From positions 256,001 to 320,000 of the forward strand of contig JAHPZA010000004.1 of NCBI GenBank assembly GCA_019058445.1: 64,000 nt of DNA, written 5' to 3'. Shown piece after piece: positions 11,091 through 21,721 of this stretch (position 1 is its first letter; the number at the start of each line of letters is the position of its first letter). The position numbers and the translations under genes were made by a program. The DNA is from Promethearchaeota archaeon (GTDB lineage Archaea; Asgardarchaeota; Lokiarchaeia; Sigyniarchaeales; SOKP01). Below the pieces are notes generated by a model that was not told where the DNA came from, ran no database searches, and worked only from the letters and a program-made list of their open reading frames with translations.

Positions 11091-12287
11091 ATGACAATAA
11101 AAGAGGTTGAGCATGTGTTCGTCTATAAGGATAAAAAACTGGCGCATGCGTGCAATCAGGTCAGTCTTGTCGCACTTCGAAATGGGGAAGTCTTCATGGG
11201 ATTCAACGAAGAGAGATGGCCTATCCATGCCGACAGCGGACAATCATGTTTTATCAAATCTACAGACGGGGGAAAGAGTTGGGATCCCTCCACTAAGCAG
11301 GTTATTTGGCCCTACACCAAATTCATGGGTAATTGGGATTGTGCTTTTGCCCAAATATCAAATGGAACGATTTTAATGCACACAAGAGTGTGTAATTTTC
11401 TTGCACCCAGAGGGATCGCTTCAGAAGGTGACCAGATGCTAGGAATGCCTCCCCCAGGATTTCCAGAGCGCCTCAAAAGACAGACAGGGTATGCTATACT
11501 CAAATCCAAGGACGGAGGAAACACTTGGTCTGACCCTATTGAAATCAACACAAGCCCTATCGCCAGCTCATCGTTGAGTGCCTATGCCTGTGGAGGATCG
11601 GGTGCAGGACACATTATTGAGCTTCCTAACAAGGGATTATTAATGCCATTGGCAGGAACGTTATCGATGACAGGGGAATGGTTAGATGGATCCGGAACAG
11701 AATTGGAACGCTGCTTTTTGTTAAGGTCTGATGATGGTGGAAATAATTGGGAATATTGGTCCACTGTTGCTTATGATCCAGCTAGTATTATCAGTTTTGC
11801 AGAGCCTGGCATGGCACGTTTAAGAGATGGTAAACTTGTCTGCTTGATGAGAACAGCTCATAGACCAAAACGGCAAGATAATATGTGGTTCACTTGGTCG
11901 GATGACGATGGGGTTACGTGGAGCCCTCCAAAGAGAACTGCTCTCTGGGGCTACCCAGCAGATGTCATGCAGTTGAAAGATGGAAGAGTCCTAGCGGTCT
12001 ATGGATACAGAAAAACGCCATGGGGTGTGCGTGGCTGCATCTCAGAAGACGGCTTGACATGGGACATTGAAAACGAATTCGTCATTAGAGAAGGAGGAGT
12101 ACCGACGCCAAAGCCAGGCAAAGGTTCCCGTGGTCTTCAAGATATGCTGATCATGAGCCAATACTGGCATATTGGATATCCTAGTGTGACTCAATTGGAA
12201 GATGAAACTGTAATTGTTGGCTATCACGAGTACAGCGACGATGATATGCCCCTCCAATACCTGATGTGCACTCGTTTTAAAGTATAG
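11091..12287 (+). CDS. BNR/Asp-box sialidase-like beta-propeller protein
   Basis: Five Asp-boxes: STDGGKSW, SKDGGNTW, SDDGGNNW, SDDDGVTW, SEDGLTW; GYP motif. Confidence 0.85.
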   Translation: MTIKEVEHVFVYKDKKLAHACNQVSLVALRNGEVFMGFNEERWPIHADSGQSCFIKSTDGGKSWDPSTKQVIWPYTKFMGNWDCAFAQISNGTILMHTRVCNFLAPRGIASEGDQMLGMPPPGFPERLKRQTGYAILKSKDGGNTWSDPIEINTSPIASSSLSAYACGGSGAGHIIELPNKGLLMPLAGTLSMTGEWLDGSGTELERCFLLRSDDGGNNWEYWSTVAYDPASIISFAEPGMARLRDGKLVCLMRTAHRPKRQDNMWFTWSDDDGVTWSPPKRTALWGYPADVMQLKDGRVLAVYGYRKTPWGVRGCISEDGLTWDIENEFVIREGGVPTPKPGKGSRGLQDMLIMSQYWHIGYPSVTQLEDETVIVGYHEYSDDDMPLQYLMCTRFKV

Positions 12288-12511
12288 GCTTGGAGATTTA
12301 AATCTTGAGACAACGTATAACATGAAAATGAAAAAACATTAAAAGTATAAGCTCTGAATTCTGCTCTAGTTTTTCCTTTTTTTATATCTATAAATTTGTT
12401 ATTGATCCACAAATATTTTATTGGTACCATTTTATAATACTAATATTAAAGAAAAAATTAATTCAAAAACACTTCAAAATTTTTTAAAAAAAATATCGGT
12501 GAAATAATAAT

Positions 12512-13060
12512 ATGGCTTTAAGATTATGGAGAAAGGCTATTAAAATGACTCTCCGGGAAAAAAAGATATTTGTAATTTTTACAGGCATATATACAATATT
12601 AATCTTTTTAACAAGTTTTTTTATTGAGACTACCTTAAGTGCGGGAGAGGGATTTTTATCTAATTATTTCATAATGATTTTCTTTATTACAAGCTTAATT
12701 CTCTCTTTACTTTATGCGTGGCTAATTGTCTCGAGAAATAGAAGAATATTTGCCACTTTGAAATGCATTGGTTGGACTAACGGTAATATAAATTCTTTAG
12801 TTACAGGAATTATTATGTTTACAACGATCTCGGGTTTTATTCTTGTAATTGAAGGATTATTTCACTATGCTGCAATTATGGGGTATTTACAGTCTACTGG
12901 TAAAGGATTTGACGCTTATCCCTCAATTTTAATCAGTCTCACTCCAGTTGTTATTACGTTCGCAATGTTTCTATTTGTCCAAATAATTTCGATAATCTTG
13001 GCTAATAGAAAAGTATTAAAAGTAAGACCCGTGATTGCATTAAAACGGGTAGGTCAGTGA
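12512..13060 (+). CDS. FtsX-like ABC permease (4 TM)
   Basis: RRIFATLKCIGWT motif; C-terminal PVIALK; upstream GGTGA SD. Confidence 0.8.
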   Translation: MALRLWRKAIKMTLREKKIFVIFTGIYTILIFLTSFFIETTLSAGEGFLSNYFIMIFFITSLILSLLYAWLIVSRNRRIFATLKCIGWTNGNINSLVTGIIMFTTISGFILVIEGLFHYAAIMGYLQSTGKGFDAYPSILISLTPVVITFAMFLFVQIISIILANRKVLKVRPVIALKRVGQ

Positions 13061-13074
13061 GGTGATGAAAAAAA

Positions 13075-13758
13075 ATGCCAGTAAGTAAAGATGTAATGAT
13101 TGAGTGTATTGATGTAAATAAGGAATACAGGCGTGCTGGGGCTATTATCCGAGCTTTGGTAGATATAAATATTTCTATTAAATCCGGGGATTTTGTTATC
13201 GTTCAAGGTCCGACGGGTTGTGGTAAAAGCACTTTGTTAAATGTTATGTCTGGTTTAGACTTACCAGATTCAGGAAAAATTATATTTGACGGTGAAAATA
13301 TAGCCAGATCCAAAGAGGATAGATTAGCTAAGATTCGTAGACAAAAGGTTGGATTCGTGTTTCAGGATTTTAACCTTGTTAACACGCTAACCGCCATTGA
13401 AAATGTAGAAGCGATGTTATGGCCTACCGTTTTAAGATCAAAAGAAATTGAGAATCGAGCTATTGCTGCATTGCGTGATGTAAACATGCTCGAAAGAAAA
13501 GATCACTTTCCTGTAGAAATGAGTGGTGGGGAAAAACAGCGTGTGGCATTAGCAAGAGCTATTGTAGGAAAACCAAGAGTAGTTTTCGGAGATGAAGTTT
13601 CTGGAAATTTAGATCCTAAATCTGAGAAGGAAGTTATGGAACTCCTAAAGCAAATAAATCAAGATTATGAAACAACGATGATTATCGTAACGCATAGAGA
13701 AACTGTGGCGAAATATGGGGACAATATCATCAAAATGGATAAAGGACGAATTATTTAA
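13075..13758 (+). CDS. ABC transporter ATP-binding protein (LolD/MacB-like)
   Basis: GPTGCGKST, GFVFQDFNL, MSGGEKQRVALARA, DE, VTH. Confidence 0.95.
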   Translation: MPVSKDVMIECIDVNKEYRRAGAIIRALVDINISIKSGDFVIVQGPTGCGKSTLLNVMSGLDLPDSGKIIFDGENIARSKEDRLAKIRRQKVGFVFQDFNLVNTLTAIENVEAMLWPTVLRSKEIENRAIAALRDVNMLERKDHFPVEMSGGEKQRVALARAIVGKPRVVFGDEVSGNLDPKSEKEVMELLKQINQDYETTMIIVTHRETVAKYGDNIIKMDKGRII

Positions 13759-14019
13759 CAAATAACTTTTTTTATTTTATCTTTTTTTATGAAACAAAAT
13801 TCTGAAATAGTATCTTTAATAATTATTTTTTTTAACACTGGGATTCATAATTGAATAAGATTTAGGATGCCGCTCTCTATTTGTATTTTAATATATAATT
13901 AAAGATTGGACTCCTATAATTATAAAAAAAGAAATAAATATAAATAGAAAAACAGTCTTGAAATTATAAATAAAAATAATATAATAATTAAATTTTATAT
14001 ATCAAGGGAGTTAACAACC

Positions 14020-14592
14020 ATGGGATTCAAATTATGGCGATTTATTTGGACGGGAATCGTAGGAATGCTGTTTATGTTACCAACGGCGTATGCAACGTTT
14101 TATGCGTTTGATTTAATTGCTCTTCTTACTGGTGGTTTAATTCAAAATTTTTTCGTTTTAACCAGAACTTTGGGTGGTCCATTAATAGGTTTTTTAATAA
14201 GCGCATTCATTGGAGTTTTTTTAATATGTCTAATTCCAGTTCATTGGGCTCTTCTTAACCAACCTGATAATGTTATGTTAATGCTGGCTTTAGTACTTCC
14301 TTGGATTATTTGTTGTTCACTTATGGCATTATTAACAGCTAGAGATCCTCAAGAGGGAGTATATACAAGTTTCGCTATAGGCCTTGGACTTTTCATAATA
14401 ATGGTAATCATCTATTCTGTTCTAGCAGTATTATTGGCTAGATTTGGAGGAGGAGCGATTCTTGATAGTGCTTCAGTTGGGTTTACTGATTTACCATTTG
14501 TACTAGCAGCTTTTTTGGCAACAATGGAAGGCGCGGGAATTGGGGCTGTATTTGCAGCATTGTTTGGAAGTTTAAAATATGAACCTACGTAA
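14020..14592 (+). CDS. Membrane protein (about 5 TM)
   Basis: Hydrophobic 190-aa ORF. Confidence 0.75.
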   Translation: MGFKLWRFIWTGIVGMLFMLPTAYATFYAFDLIALLTGGLIQNFFVLTRTLGGPLIGFLISAFIGVFLICLIPVHWALLNQPDNVMLMLALVLPWIICCSLMALLTARDPQEGVYTSFAIGLGLFIIMVIIYSVLAVLLARFGGGAILDSASVGFTDLPFVLAAFLATMEGAGIGAVFAALFGSLKYEPT

Positions 14593-14780
14593 AAAATTTT
14601 TTAATATTTCTTTATGTTATTATTTTTTTTATATCATTTCGAAAAAAGTCTGATTTATTTTTCTGTAATAGCCTAAATGGAGTATTAAATTTTTAAGCAT
14701 TGAAAAGAAAGATTTATAATAGAATACAATATAAGTGTATTAAATAACTTTTAATATCAACATTTGGATGATGTATTTAG

Positions 14781-15794
14781 ATGTCTAAACAAATAAAAGG
14801 AATTATAGTTTCACGATTAATTGTAATGATTTCAATCATATTAGTCCCAATAGCAATATTTCTCATCTTCAACTTAGTGGAATTTAGTTTATGGTTTTCA
14901 GATGATCCGGCGTTAAATTTTTGGATTTTAAATGTATTATGTCCGTTAGTATTTAGCGTTTCTTGGTTGTTCTTTTTAATATTATTTGCCAATAGGTTCG
15001 CAGCCACGATTGAGGCTATGGATAAAACAGTGGGAGTTGTACCCTTAAGATTGAGATTTTTTTTCGGACTAAATGCTTTATTCATTTTATTTATTTTTGT
15101 CTTTCCATTAATTACACCAATTGTCTCAATTTTAAGTTTTGCTTCAATGGCGTGGAGATTAACAACCTTTAGAAAAGAAAGCTGGGATGATTCTGAAATC
15201 TCTTTCGGGACTAAATTTCTAATGATTCTTTTCTCAATATTGCCTGTGTTCTGTACCATTGTTATTCTTCCTCAATATATATTACTCTCCATCTTCTTAT
15301 GGGAAAATATCTGGATGCCGTTATTACCAATTATTTTCATTATTTCGGTGTGCTTATGTACGGCATTAGCGATTGGATCATTATTTTATTTAGTGGCAAA
15401 TAAGGGAGTTAGTGAATATGAACAAATTTTCGTTGACACAAGCACTCCAAAATATGTATGGAACATTAGAATTTTAGAGATATTCTTATTCCTGTTTTTC
15501 TTATTCTTAGCATTCGGAAATTTTGCTCTGATTGATTTTTTCTACTATTTAGGATTTGTAATTGTGGCGTTTGTTGCTATTGTTAATTTTATTAATGGGA
15601 AAAGAAGAGATGTAAGTTTTAAGAGCCATTTTCTAGGATATCTCCTTGCAGCTGTATTTATGGGGTCAAATTTTCTTATTTTCAATGCGGACTTAGCATT
15701 AATTATTCAAGAAGTAAGTTTAATCACTTCTGCTATTGTGTTTATCCTTATATTTTTCTATACATTCTTCCGCTTTGACGAATCAGAAATTTAA
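14781..15794 (+). CDS. Polytopic membrane protein
   Basis: 337 aa, mostly TM helices. Confidence 0.75.
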   Translation: MSKQIKGIIVSRLIVMISIILVPIAIFLIFNLVEFSLWFSDDPALNFWILNVLCPLVFSVSWLFFLILFANRFAATIEAMDKTVGVVPLRLRFFFGLNALFILFIFVFPLITPIVSILSFASMAWRLTTFRKESWDDSEISFGTKFLMILFSILPVFCTIVILPQYILLSIFLWENIWMPLLPIIFIISVCLCTALAIGSLFYLVANKGVSEYEQIFVDTSTPKYVWNIRILEIFLFLFFLFLAFGNFALIDFFYYLGFVIVAFVAIVNFINGKRRDVSFKSHFLGYLLAAVFMGSNFLIFNADLALIIQEVSLITSAIVFILIFFYTFFRFDESEI

Positions 15795-16256
15795 AAAAAG
15801 GATTATAGGATTTGGTAAAAAATTACCATTTTTTTTATTAACTCTTATGATTTTAAGTTAAATATTAGAATTAATTTAACAAAAGCTTATAGAATTAGAA
15901 TTTATACACAGATTTAGAATAAAATTCAATTTATTACAAAAATTTTTAAAGATTTCATATCATAGGTTTATTTTTTAGATAATTCTAATCTATCCGAAAA
16001 TCGATACTCATCGCTTCTTCTGATGCTTCTAACAATCCTTATTAACTCTTAATCGTACTCGTATGTATCTTAAAGATTCATTCTAACTTGAATTTTAAAT
16101 TGAATTATAAAGGATTATTGATAAATAAATTACTTTTTTAAAGAAGTTCTATTCCACGCGAAACTAAATTCTTAAAAAGTTGAATTTGAATTATAATTCT
16201 TAGATCTATAATTTTTTTAAAAAAAATTTGAATTAAAAAAAAAAGGACAACTGAAT

Positions 16257-18362
16257 ATGAAATTAATAAATTTCAAAACACTAATGGTATTAGCTTTTCT
16301 CATAACAGCTATGGTAGCTATGCCTGTCATGGTTTTAGGGCAACAAGATGGTGATGACGAAAATTACGACGAGAGTGAACAATACGGTGCGTTTGAAAAC
16401 TTCCATGGAGGTTTTGGAGGTGTTTTTCGTGAAAATATGGGCCCTGGGGGGGATATACTTGGGGTATTATTTGAAATGTTGTTACTTGATGGAGTTGATT
16501 TTAAAGACGACGAGGAGTTAGAGGGAGTTTATGTTTTAAGCGCAGATAAAGAAGAAACATATACTGGAAATTACTCTTTTGCTGATAATAAGGATACTCA
16601 AGAAATCCATTATCTCCCATTTTATAATTCAAGTGGTACTGCGAATCAATATCGAATTGATTCTCTTGATGGTTATGCTTATTGTGTTGTTGACAAAGAA
16701 GGAGGATTTGAGTATAATCTGACTATTGGGGCAGCATTAACTCTAATTATATGGGATTATGATGGTTCCTTTATAGAAGCTGCCGAAAAGGTCCTTGCTT
16801 GGGCGAAAAAATTTCAAGAGGCAGAAGATAAGGATGAAGTGGATGAAGAAATTGTTGCTGAAGGAGTGCAAGTTCTATCTTGGTTATTAATACATATTAA
16901 TGAGATTTTTACAGGAGATGAGTTATTCGTACTAAATCCTATTATATGGCAAACTTTAGATATGAATCCCTGGGATAACTATAATATAAGAAAAAACTGG
17001 TATGATACAGGTATAAATAATGGTATTGAATATGGATTTGGTGATGATATTAATCTTACAGAGACGGAATCAGGGCCTACAGGGCTTCTAGAAGAATGGG
17101 AAGCTGCTGCTAATTTAACAAAAGATAGCTATATGCAATGGCTATTGTCAGATTTTAATACTGATGATCTTGTTGAAACCATTTGGACCCAATTTTCTTT
17201 CGATTTAGCTCAACTATGGGTAAAAGAATTCTACGTTGAACTAGATCTATCAGAATTATCAGACGGGGAGGATGCTGACGTAGATGATATTTTTGAAAGT
17301 GCCGATGTTGAATTTTATTTGTTCACGCACCACTTAGCCGGAGCGTTCTTGTATAATGATGAAGATAACAATAGACAAGTCACAGTTGATTATGATTATG
17401 CTAGAAATGAAACTGGTGATATTATCTATACGAACGGTACTGCTGCAATGGTACCTACGAGTAATGAAGTGACTCACCGCTTAATTTTAGGAACAGTAGG
17501 GAAATTTGATTTCAAGGAACCTGAAGTAGATGAGGACGAAAATACGGTTTCATGGGGTCTACTTTTAGCAGATGTTAACATGTCTGCAGTACCAGTCGGA
17601 GTAGACTTAAATTCATATGTGAATGCGCCAGAGGAGAATCTTGACTACATTTACTTTGGATTAGAATTTGAATCAGAAATGGAGGACCCCAATAAAAAAG
17701 GAGAAATTCAAGCGGAGTCAGATGTAAAATTGGAAACGAGGTTTGCCCCATGGAATGATCCAGATGATCCTTATACAAACCAAGATATTACAGATTTAGA
17801 CATGGCAATTATTTATGTTTCAAGTATTTTGCATTTTGATTTACATATCGAACAGGGAGACGATGATATTGAGCCAGAAGATGATGAAGATTTTACAGAT
17901 CAAGATTACTCATCAAGTTCACACACGTTAAAAGTAGGAGATTACCTTGCGGAAGATAATGATGATAAACTTGACTTTGTGGATATTGCGGGACCTGGAT
18001 ATTATTTAAACAATGGTACCACTCTTGAACGATATGCTGCTAACACTAGTATTATCCCAATTGCCTTATGGGAGGGTGAAGAACATACGAGCGAAACTGA
18101 CGTTGATGATAAAGATGATACTGATAACGATTTTGAAGCAGATGTTGATGCTGTAGCAGAATGGAATATTCTATTATACGCAGTGTGCTATCCAGACTTT
18201 AATGGGACGGGGAATGGTATCTTGCATGATCCTACGTTCTCTGTTTACATGGTTTTTACCCCTGAAGAACCTGGATTCTGGGCGTTAATTTTACTCATAG
18301 CTGGAGTTGGCTTAGCCGGGGTTGCGGCAATTTTAATCAAAAGGAAAAAAGATAAATGGTAA
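16257..18362 (+). CDS. Highly acidic secreted cell-surface glycoprotein with C-terminal membrane anchor
   Basis: N-terminal signal peptide, D/E-rich, many N-x-S/T sequons, terminal TM followed by KRKKDKW. Confidence 0.8.
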   Translation: MKLINFKTLMVLAFLITAMVAMPVMVLGQQDGDDENYDESEQYGAFENFHGGFGGVFRENMGPGGDILGVLFEMLLLDGVDFKDDEELEGVYVLSADKEETYTGNYSFADNKDTQEIHYLPFYNSSGTANQYRIDSLDGYAYCVVDKEGGFEYNLTIGAALTLIIWDYDGSFIEAAEKVLAWAKKFQEAEDKDEVDEEIVAEGVQVLSWLLIHINEIFTGDELFVLNPIIWQTLDMNPWDNYNIRKNWYDTGINNGIEYGFGDDINLTETESGPTGLLEEWEAAANLTKDSYMQWLLSDFNTDDLVETIWTQFSFDLAQLWVKEFYVELDLSELSDGEDADVDDIFESADVEFYLFTHHLAGAFLYNDEDNNRQVTVDYDYARNETGDIIYTNGTAAMVPTSNEVTHRLILGTVGKFDFKEPEVDEDENTVSWGLLLADVNMSAVPVGVDLNSYVNAPEENLDYIYFGLEFESEMEDPNKKGEIQAESDVKLETRFAPWNDPDDPYTNQDITDLDMAIIYVSSILHFDLHIEQGDDDIEPEDDEDFTDQDYSSSSHTLKVGDYLAEDNDDKLDFVDIAGPGYYLNNGTTLERYAANTSIIPIALWEGEEHTSETDVDDKDDTDNDFEADVDAVAEWNILLYAVCYPDFNGTGNGILHDPTFSVYMVFTPEEPGFWALILLIAGVGLAGVAAILIKRKKDKW

Positions 18363-18653
18363 ATGACCATTTAAACTTACATATTTTTATTTACTACTTT
18401 TTTTTTATTTTTCTATTTTTGTATATTTTTTCTTAGAATTTTTAACTAATTCGTTATTTTTTATTAAAAACTTTTTGCAATTAAAGGCAGTATTCTTCTT
18501 TCATTTACGGATTTCTATAATCGAGTCAATTTAATACGAAAAACTTTTAACAAAAGGTACATGATTAATATTGCTATTAAAATATAATTAATAGATTAAA
18601 GATTTTAAAAAGTATAATAGAAAAGACTTAAAGAAAAAGCGAGATGATAATAG

Positions 18654-20438
18654 ATGCCAATAAAGAGTGGAGATAAGTTTCAAGTAAATGAAAATAAAAG
18701 ATGGTTTCAAAAATGGTGGCCAAAGGATGTTCCAAAAAATATTTCCTTACCAGAAATGACCGTCAATGAAATGCTTGAAGAACAAGTTAAGAAATACGCA
18801 GATCATAATATAATGTGGTTTTTAGAAACCTGGATGACATATAAGGAATTTCAAGATCACGTAAACGCACTTGCAACGGCTCTTGATAATTTAGGGATTA
18901 AAAAGGGTGATGTCGTCGCAATGCATTTACCAAATTGCTTCCAATATGTTATAAGTTATTATGCCATTACTAAGATTGGTGCCATCGCTACTGGAGTAAA
19001 TCCAACATATCAACCTATGGAAATTTTGCATCAGTTAGATATTACGAAACCAAAAGTACTTATCGTACTTGATGCTCTATATGAACCGTATATTAAACCC
19101 ATAATCGCTAAATCTAGCATAGAGAAATTAATCTACACAAATGTGGCTGATTTAGCTCATGGATTAGGCTTTAAAAGAATCTTAGGAAAATTATTAAAAA
19201 AAATTCCTACAGGGAAAGTCGATTTTCCTGGAGCACTAAAATTCATGGATCTTTTAAATACTCCATCAGCAGTTCCAAATATAAAAATTGATATCAAAAC
19301 CCATCCAGCAACCTTTATAATGACCGGGGGAACTACCGGCTTGCCCAAAGCAGCAGTTTTAACCCATTTTAATGTGGTGTCTAACGCGAATCAATGTGTT
19401 CAGTGGTTAGGGGGAGAAACGCCCGGTATTGGCGTTGTTGGAGTGCTTCCATTATTCCACAGTTTTGCCCATACTGTGGTAATGAATACGACGATAAAGT
19501 TTGGAGGATGGATGATGTTATTCCCAAGACCCCCCGACACAGAGGATTTGCTTGCTGATATCGTGAAATTGCCGGCACCCGAGGGTTTAGTCTATCCTGG
19601 AGCCGAAATCTTATTTAAAAGATTAGCAGAATTTGAAGATATTAAAAAATATCCCGGAGTGATGGGTAAGCTAAAATTATGTGTCTCTGGAGCAGGACCT
19701 TTACATAGACCTGTGCGCGATGCTTTTGTTGAAAATACTAAAGGGAGAATTGTTGAAGGGTATGGATTGAGCGAAGCCACTCCAGTAGTTAGTGCTGGAA
19801 ATTTATTTGGAGAGAGTCCAATAGGAGTAATAGGTATGCCCTTTCCAGCAACTGAATGGGGAATATGGCCTGTTGATGATTTTAGTCAAGGTCCAATTTG
19901 TTTAGGAAATCCAGATGATACTAATTTCGGAGAAGAGCATACTGGAGAATTATGCGTCCATGGTCCACAGGTTATGTTAGAATATCTAAATAAACCAGAG
20001 GAAACAGAAGAAACTATTAAAGAATTTGATGGTAAACTATGGTTATTAACTGGAGATATCGGATTTATGAACGAGGATGGTACAATTGAACTAAGAGATA
20101 GGAAAAAGCAACTTATTAAATATAAAGGATATTCTGTATACCCTAAAGAAGTAGAAGAGCTTCTTATGAAGCATCCTGAAATTTCAGAAGCTGCAGTTGC
20201 AGGATTGCCTAATGAGGAATTTGGAGAAGCTGTTAAAGCGTGGGTTGAATTAACTCCCGGATCTACTTTGACTCCAGAAGCAATTAAAGAATGGGCTGCC
20301 GAAAATATGACACATTATAAACGCCCGTATTATGTTGAAATTATAGAGGAAGTGCCAAAAAATTTAATTGGAAAAGTTCAAAGGCGTTTACTTCAAGAAG
20401 CAGATCCTATCTGGCAAGAAAAAAATAAACCAGCATAA
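18654..20438 (+). CDS. Long-chain fatty acid-CoA ligase (ANL family)
   Basis: MTGGTTGLPK, EGYGLSE, TGDIG, DRKKQLIK, PKNLIGKV. Confidence 0.93.
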   Translation: MPIKSGDKFQVNENKRWFQKWWPKDVPKNISLPEMTVNEMLEEQVKKYADHNIMWFLETWMTYKEFQDHVNALATALDNLGIKKGDVVAMHLPNCFQYVISYYAITKIGAIATGVNPTYQPMEILHQLDITKPKVLIVLDALYEPYIKPIIAKSSIEKLIYTNVADLAHGLGFKRILGKLLKKIPTGKVDFPGALKFMDLLNTPSAVPNIKIDIKTHPATFIMTGGTTGLPKAAVLTHFNVVSNANQCVQWLGGETPGIGVVGVLPLFHSFAHTVVMNTTIKFGGWMMLFPRPPDTEDLLADIVKLPAPEGLVYPGAEILFKRLAEFEDIKKYPGVMGKLKLCVSGAGPLHRPVRDAFVENTKGRIVEGYGLSEATPVVSAGNLFGESPIGVIGMPFPATEWGIWPVDDFSQGPICLGNPDDTNFGEEHTGELCVHGPQVMLEYLNKPEETEETIKEFDGKLWLLTGDIGFMNEDGTIELRDRKKQLIKYKGYSVYPKEVEELLMKHPEISEAAVAGLPNEEFGEAVKAWVELTPGSTLTPEAIKEWAAENMTHYKRPYYVEIIEEVPKNLIGKVQRRLLQEADPIWQEKNKPA

Positions 20439-20464
20439 TACTTTTTTTTTTCTAAATTTAAAAA

Positions 20465-20986
20465 TTAATAAAACTCAGACTTTTGGAGCATCAATCTGGT
20501 TAATGCCTCAAAAGTCACTTCTACATTTTCGCCCGTTTTTGAGCTGCATTCGATAAAGGCGTTCATATCTCTAGATTCAGCAATCTGAATACCCTCTTCA
20601 CTACTAACTTCACGTTCCTCAAGATCGGCTTTACCACCAACAACAATAACAGGGAACATATCTTCTATCTTTTTGCGTATAACTGTTAACCAATCATCAA
20701 TATGGGCTAAAGAAGAATAGTTTGTTATATCATACATAAAGATACCCCCATTGGCTCCTTTCACATAGGTTGGTAATAAAAATCTAAAACGTTCTTCCCC
20801 ACCAAAGTCCCAAATTTGAAGTTTTACCTTTTTTTCATCAATTTCCAAGCTTTTTACTTCGAAATCAACACCAATTGTCATGGAGGTGTCTGATTTAAAT
20901 AAATTTGTCAAATACCTTTGAGTTAGAGTGGTCTTTCCGCAACCTGCGTCTCCAAATATCACAATTTTATAGGTCGCATCGTACAT
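20465..20986 (-). CDS. Rab-like small GTPase
   Basis: GDAGCGKT, TIGVDF, WDFGGEERF, GKAD, CSSK. Confidence 0.95.
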   Translation of the reverse strand: MYDATYKIVIFGDAGCGKTTLTQRYLTNLFKSDTSMTIGVDFEVKSLEIDEKKVKLQIWDFGGEERFRFLLPTYVKGANGGIFMYDITNYSSLAHIDDWLTVIRKKIEDMFPVIVVGGKADLEEREVSSEEGIQIAESRDMNAFIECSSKTGENVEVTFEALTRLMLQKSEFY

Positions 20987-21137
20987 GTTTCTACAATAGA
21001 CTATTTGTGATTTTTTTTTTATCTCTTAACATTATGATTTCTATTTATTATTAATAAATTTTCGTTTTTAATTAAATCCATATGAATTATCTTATTAACT
21101 ATTAAAAAAAATTAAAAATAAACGTAATTTATTCTAG

Positions 21138-21536
21138 CTATTTGTCTTTAATTAATACTTCTACCGCAGCATCGCATATAATCATTTTATCAGACGTATC
21201 TCCTAATTCTTTGATCATAATACCATGAGCAACAAGCCCTCCTTTTTCCACTTCAAGCGATTTTTCACCAAAGGGAACAGCTTTTAGCACTTTTTTTTCA
21301 TCTATTTTTTCTGGGTATGGTGCACCTATCTTCACATGAACTTTCATCCGTAAAAGATCCTTAGCTTCTTTAAAATTACAGAAATCGGCTATTCCTGTCA
21401 AACAATTGTTAGAAATTGCATTTTTTATAGCTTTTATTGCAGCTCTTGTACAATCATCGTCGTGACCGTGTTGGTCGACACCTTGTCCAATCTGCACGAT
21501 AAATCTTTTATAATTTTGGTTCATTATTATTGCCAT
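21138..21536 (-). CDS. Lin0512-family protein
   Basis: IGQGVDQHG.D.TRAAIKAIKNAI, VPFG, VEKGGL; ATG at 21536 (or 21524) more plausible than the TTG at 21620. Confidence 0.8.
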   Translation of the reverse strand: MAIIMNQNYKRFIVQIGQGVDQHGHDDDCTRAAIKAIKNAISNNCLTGIADFCNFKEAKDLLRMKVHVKIGAPYPEKIDEKKVLKAVPFGEKSLEVEKGGLVAHGIMIKELGDTSDKMIICDAAVEVLIKDK

Positions 21537-21721
21537 TTTTATATTTAATGGTGATGTAATATCTTCAAAAAAGTATTTATCAATCAAAAGGTTATGTTTT
21601 AGGATTAACGCATATAACAAATTTTATGAGCTAATCTTAATATATGTTTACCATACTAGATGGAAAAATAACATTTTCTTCAGAAGTATATGCATAAAAA
21701 TTTGGTGTCTAGAAAGGTACT

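Noticed and set aside
15795-16256. Possible small gene or RNA in a 460-bp intergenic gap
   Set aside because: No ORF with a credible start and no convincing structure seen
21537-21620. N-terminal extension of the Lin0512 ORF from a TTG
   Set aside because: Lies in the divergent promoter region with argS; family similarity starts later
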